From assembly GCF_030028105.1 (NCBI RefSeq), contig NC_092376.1, forward strand, positions 125,858,230 to 125,922,229: a stretch of DNA of 64,000 nt, written 5' to 3'. The stretch is from Mobula birostris (Eukaryota). The position numbers were made by a program, and so were the translations under genes. Positions 62,901 to 64,000 of this stretch are shown piece after piece (position 1 is the stretch's first letter; every line of letters starts with the position of its first letter). The notes under the pieces were generated by a model. It searched no databases. It saw nothing but the letters and a program-made list of their open reading frames with translations, and was not told where the DNA came from.

Positions 62901-64000
62901 GTTCCTGGTCCTGATGGGTCTACCGTAGGATTTTATAATTTTTTTGCATCCTCATTAATCCCTTGGCTATTCAGGGTTCTGGAGGCCTCATTAAAACTTG
63001 GTAAACTACCCGAATCCTTTTATAGAGCATCGATCTCTTTAATATTAAAGAAGGATAATGACCCCGCTCAATGTTCATCTTATAGACCAATATCCTTGTT
63101 AAATGTTGACTCTAAATTTTTTTCTAAATTATTAGCAAACAGACTAGAAAAAGCATTTCCTTATATTATCTCAGAAGACTAAACGGGTTTTATTAAAAAT
63201 CGTTATTCTTTTTATAATATTCGTACCCTTTTAAACATTGTCTATACCCCGTCACAAAATGATCCTGAATGCGTCATTTCCCTAGACGCTGAAAAAGCCT
63301 TTAACAGGGTCGAATGGCCTTACTTATTTAAGGTGCTTGAAATGTTTAACTTCAGCCCGAAATTTATATCCTGGATCAAATTGTTATATCATTTTCCTAT
63401 GGCCTCAGTTCGTACTAACACTTTAAATTCACCTTTTTTCCCTCTTTTTCAAGGTACCAGACAAAGTTGTCCTCTTAGTCCTTTATTATTTGATATAGCA
63501 TTAGAACCTCTTGCAATTGCTATTCGAGAATCTCCTATTGGTATAACTCGTGGTTTAAAGTCTCATAAAGTATCACTTTATGCTGATGACTTACTTTTAT
63601 ATATTTCTAATCCTCAAAAATCTATTCCTGCAGCTTTAGATTTATTAGCACAATTTAGTCTTTTTTCAGGTTATAAGTTAAGTCTCAATAAGAGTGAACT
63701 TTTCCCGATTAATAAGCAAGTTCCCTTATATCAGAACCTGCCGTTTAAATTGGTTAATAATCATTTTTCATATCTTGGGATTAAAATTACCTGTAAATAT
63801 AAGGACTTATTTAAGACTAATTTCCTACCCTTAATTGACCACATTACACAACTTTCATTTAAATGGTCTCCACTTTATCTAACTTTGATTGGTTGTATTA
63901 ATGCTGTTAAGATGTTTATTCTGCCAAAATTTTTATATATATTTCAGGCATTACCGATTTTTGTTCCAAAATCCTTTTTTGACAAAGTTGACTCTAAAAT
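59902..64000 (+). mobile_element. L1 LINE with intact 5' end: 5' UTR, ORF1 (about 60068-60782), long T-rich spacer, ORF2 (about 61480 to window end); disrupted
   Basis: Starts GACTTCCGG. ORF1 DLECRMRRQNIRILGLRE, RLVEDFS; ORF2 endonuclease NFVSWITNGL, LQETH, NVYAPN, SRIDYFF, SDHAP; RT SYRPISLLNVD, SLDAEKAF, CPLSPLLF, YADD (63579-63590). Confidence 0.97.

Noticed and set aside
1004-63182. The many 60-390 aa ORFs in the track as host genes
   Set aside because: Those with recognisable motifs are fragments of CR1, L1, Rex1, Gypsy, PLE or transposase ORFs. Most others are antisense or alternate frames of these, or short ORFs without recognisable domains.

Overview
This is eukaryotic, repeat-dense, non-coding DNA. 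The repeat repertoire (abundant CR1 LINEs, HE1/V-type SINEs, Rex1/Babar, Penelope, L1, L2, Tf1/sushi and PNMA-type Gypsy, Tigger, Chapaev3) points to a cartilaginous fish, probably a ray or skate; this is inference from family recognition, not a database result. Nearly all long ORFs in the track are decayed transposon ORFs or their antisense shadows. I could not identify any host protein-coding gene, rRNA, true tRNA or CRISPR array. The best-supported notable structures are: (1) a complete TSD-flanked Tf1/sushi chromovirus that lacks RT/RNase H but keeps a perfect 12-bp self-priming duplex; (2) a candidate 27-nt neural-type microexon in a TE-poor island; (3) a Chapaev3 DNA transposon nested in an LTR and carrying two LINE insertions; (4) Penelope elements with hammerhead motifs and an inverted-end architecture; (5) a fold-back with 98-bp arms inside a Tigger element; (6) a PNMA-gag Gypsy with a perfect tRNA-Pro PBS, whose 3' end seems lost in a deletion between inverted CR1s. 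I found no convincing wholly new biological system. Most findings are new instances of known mechanisms. Boundaries of old elements are approximate unless TSDs or TIRs are given.
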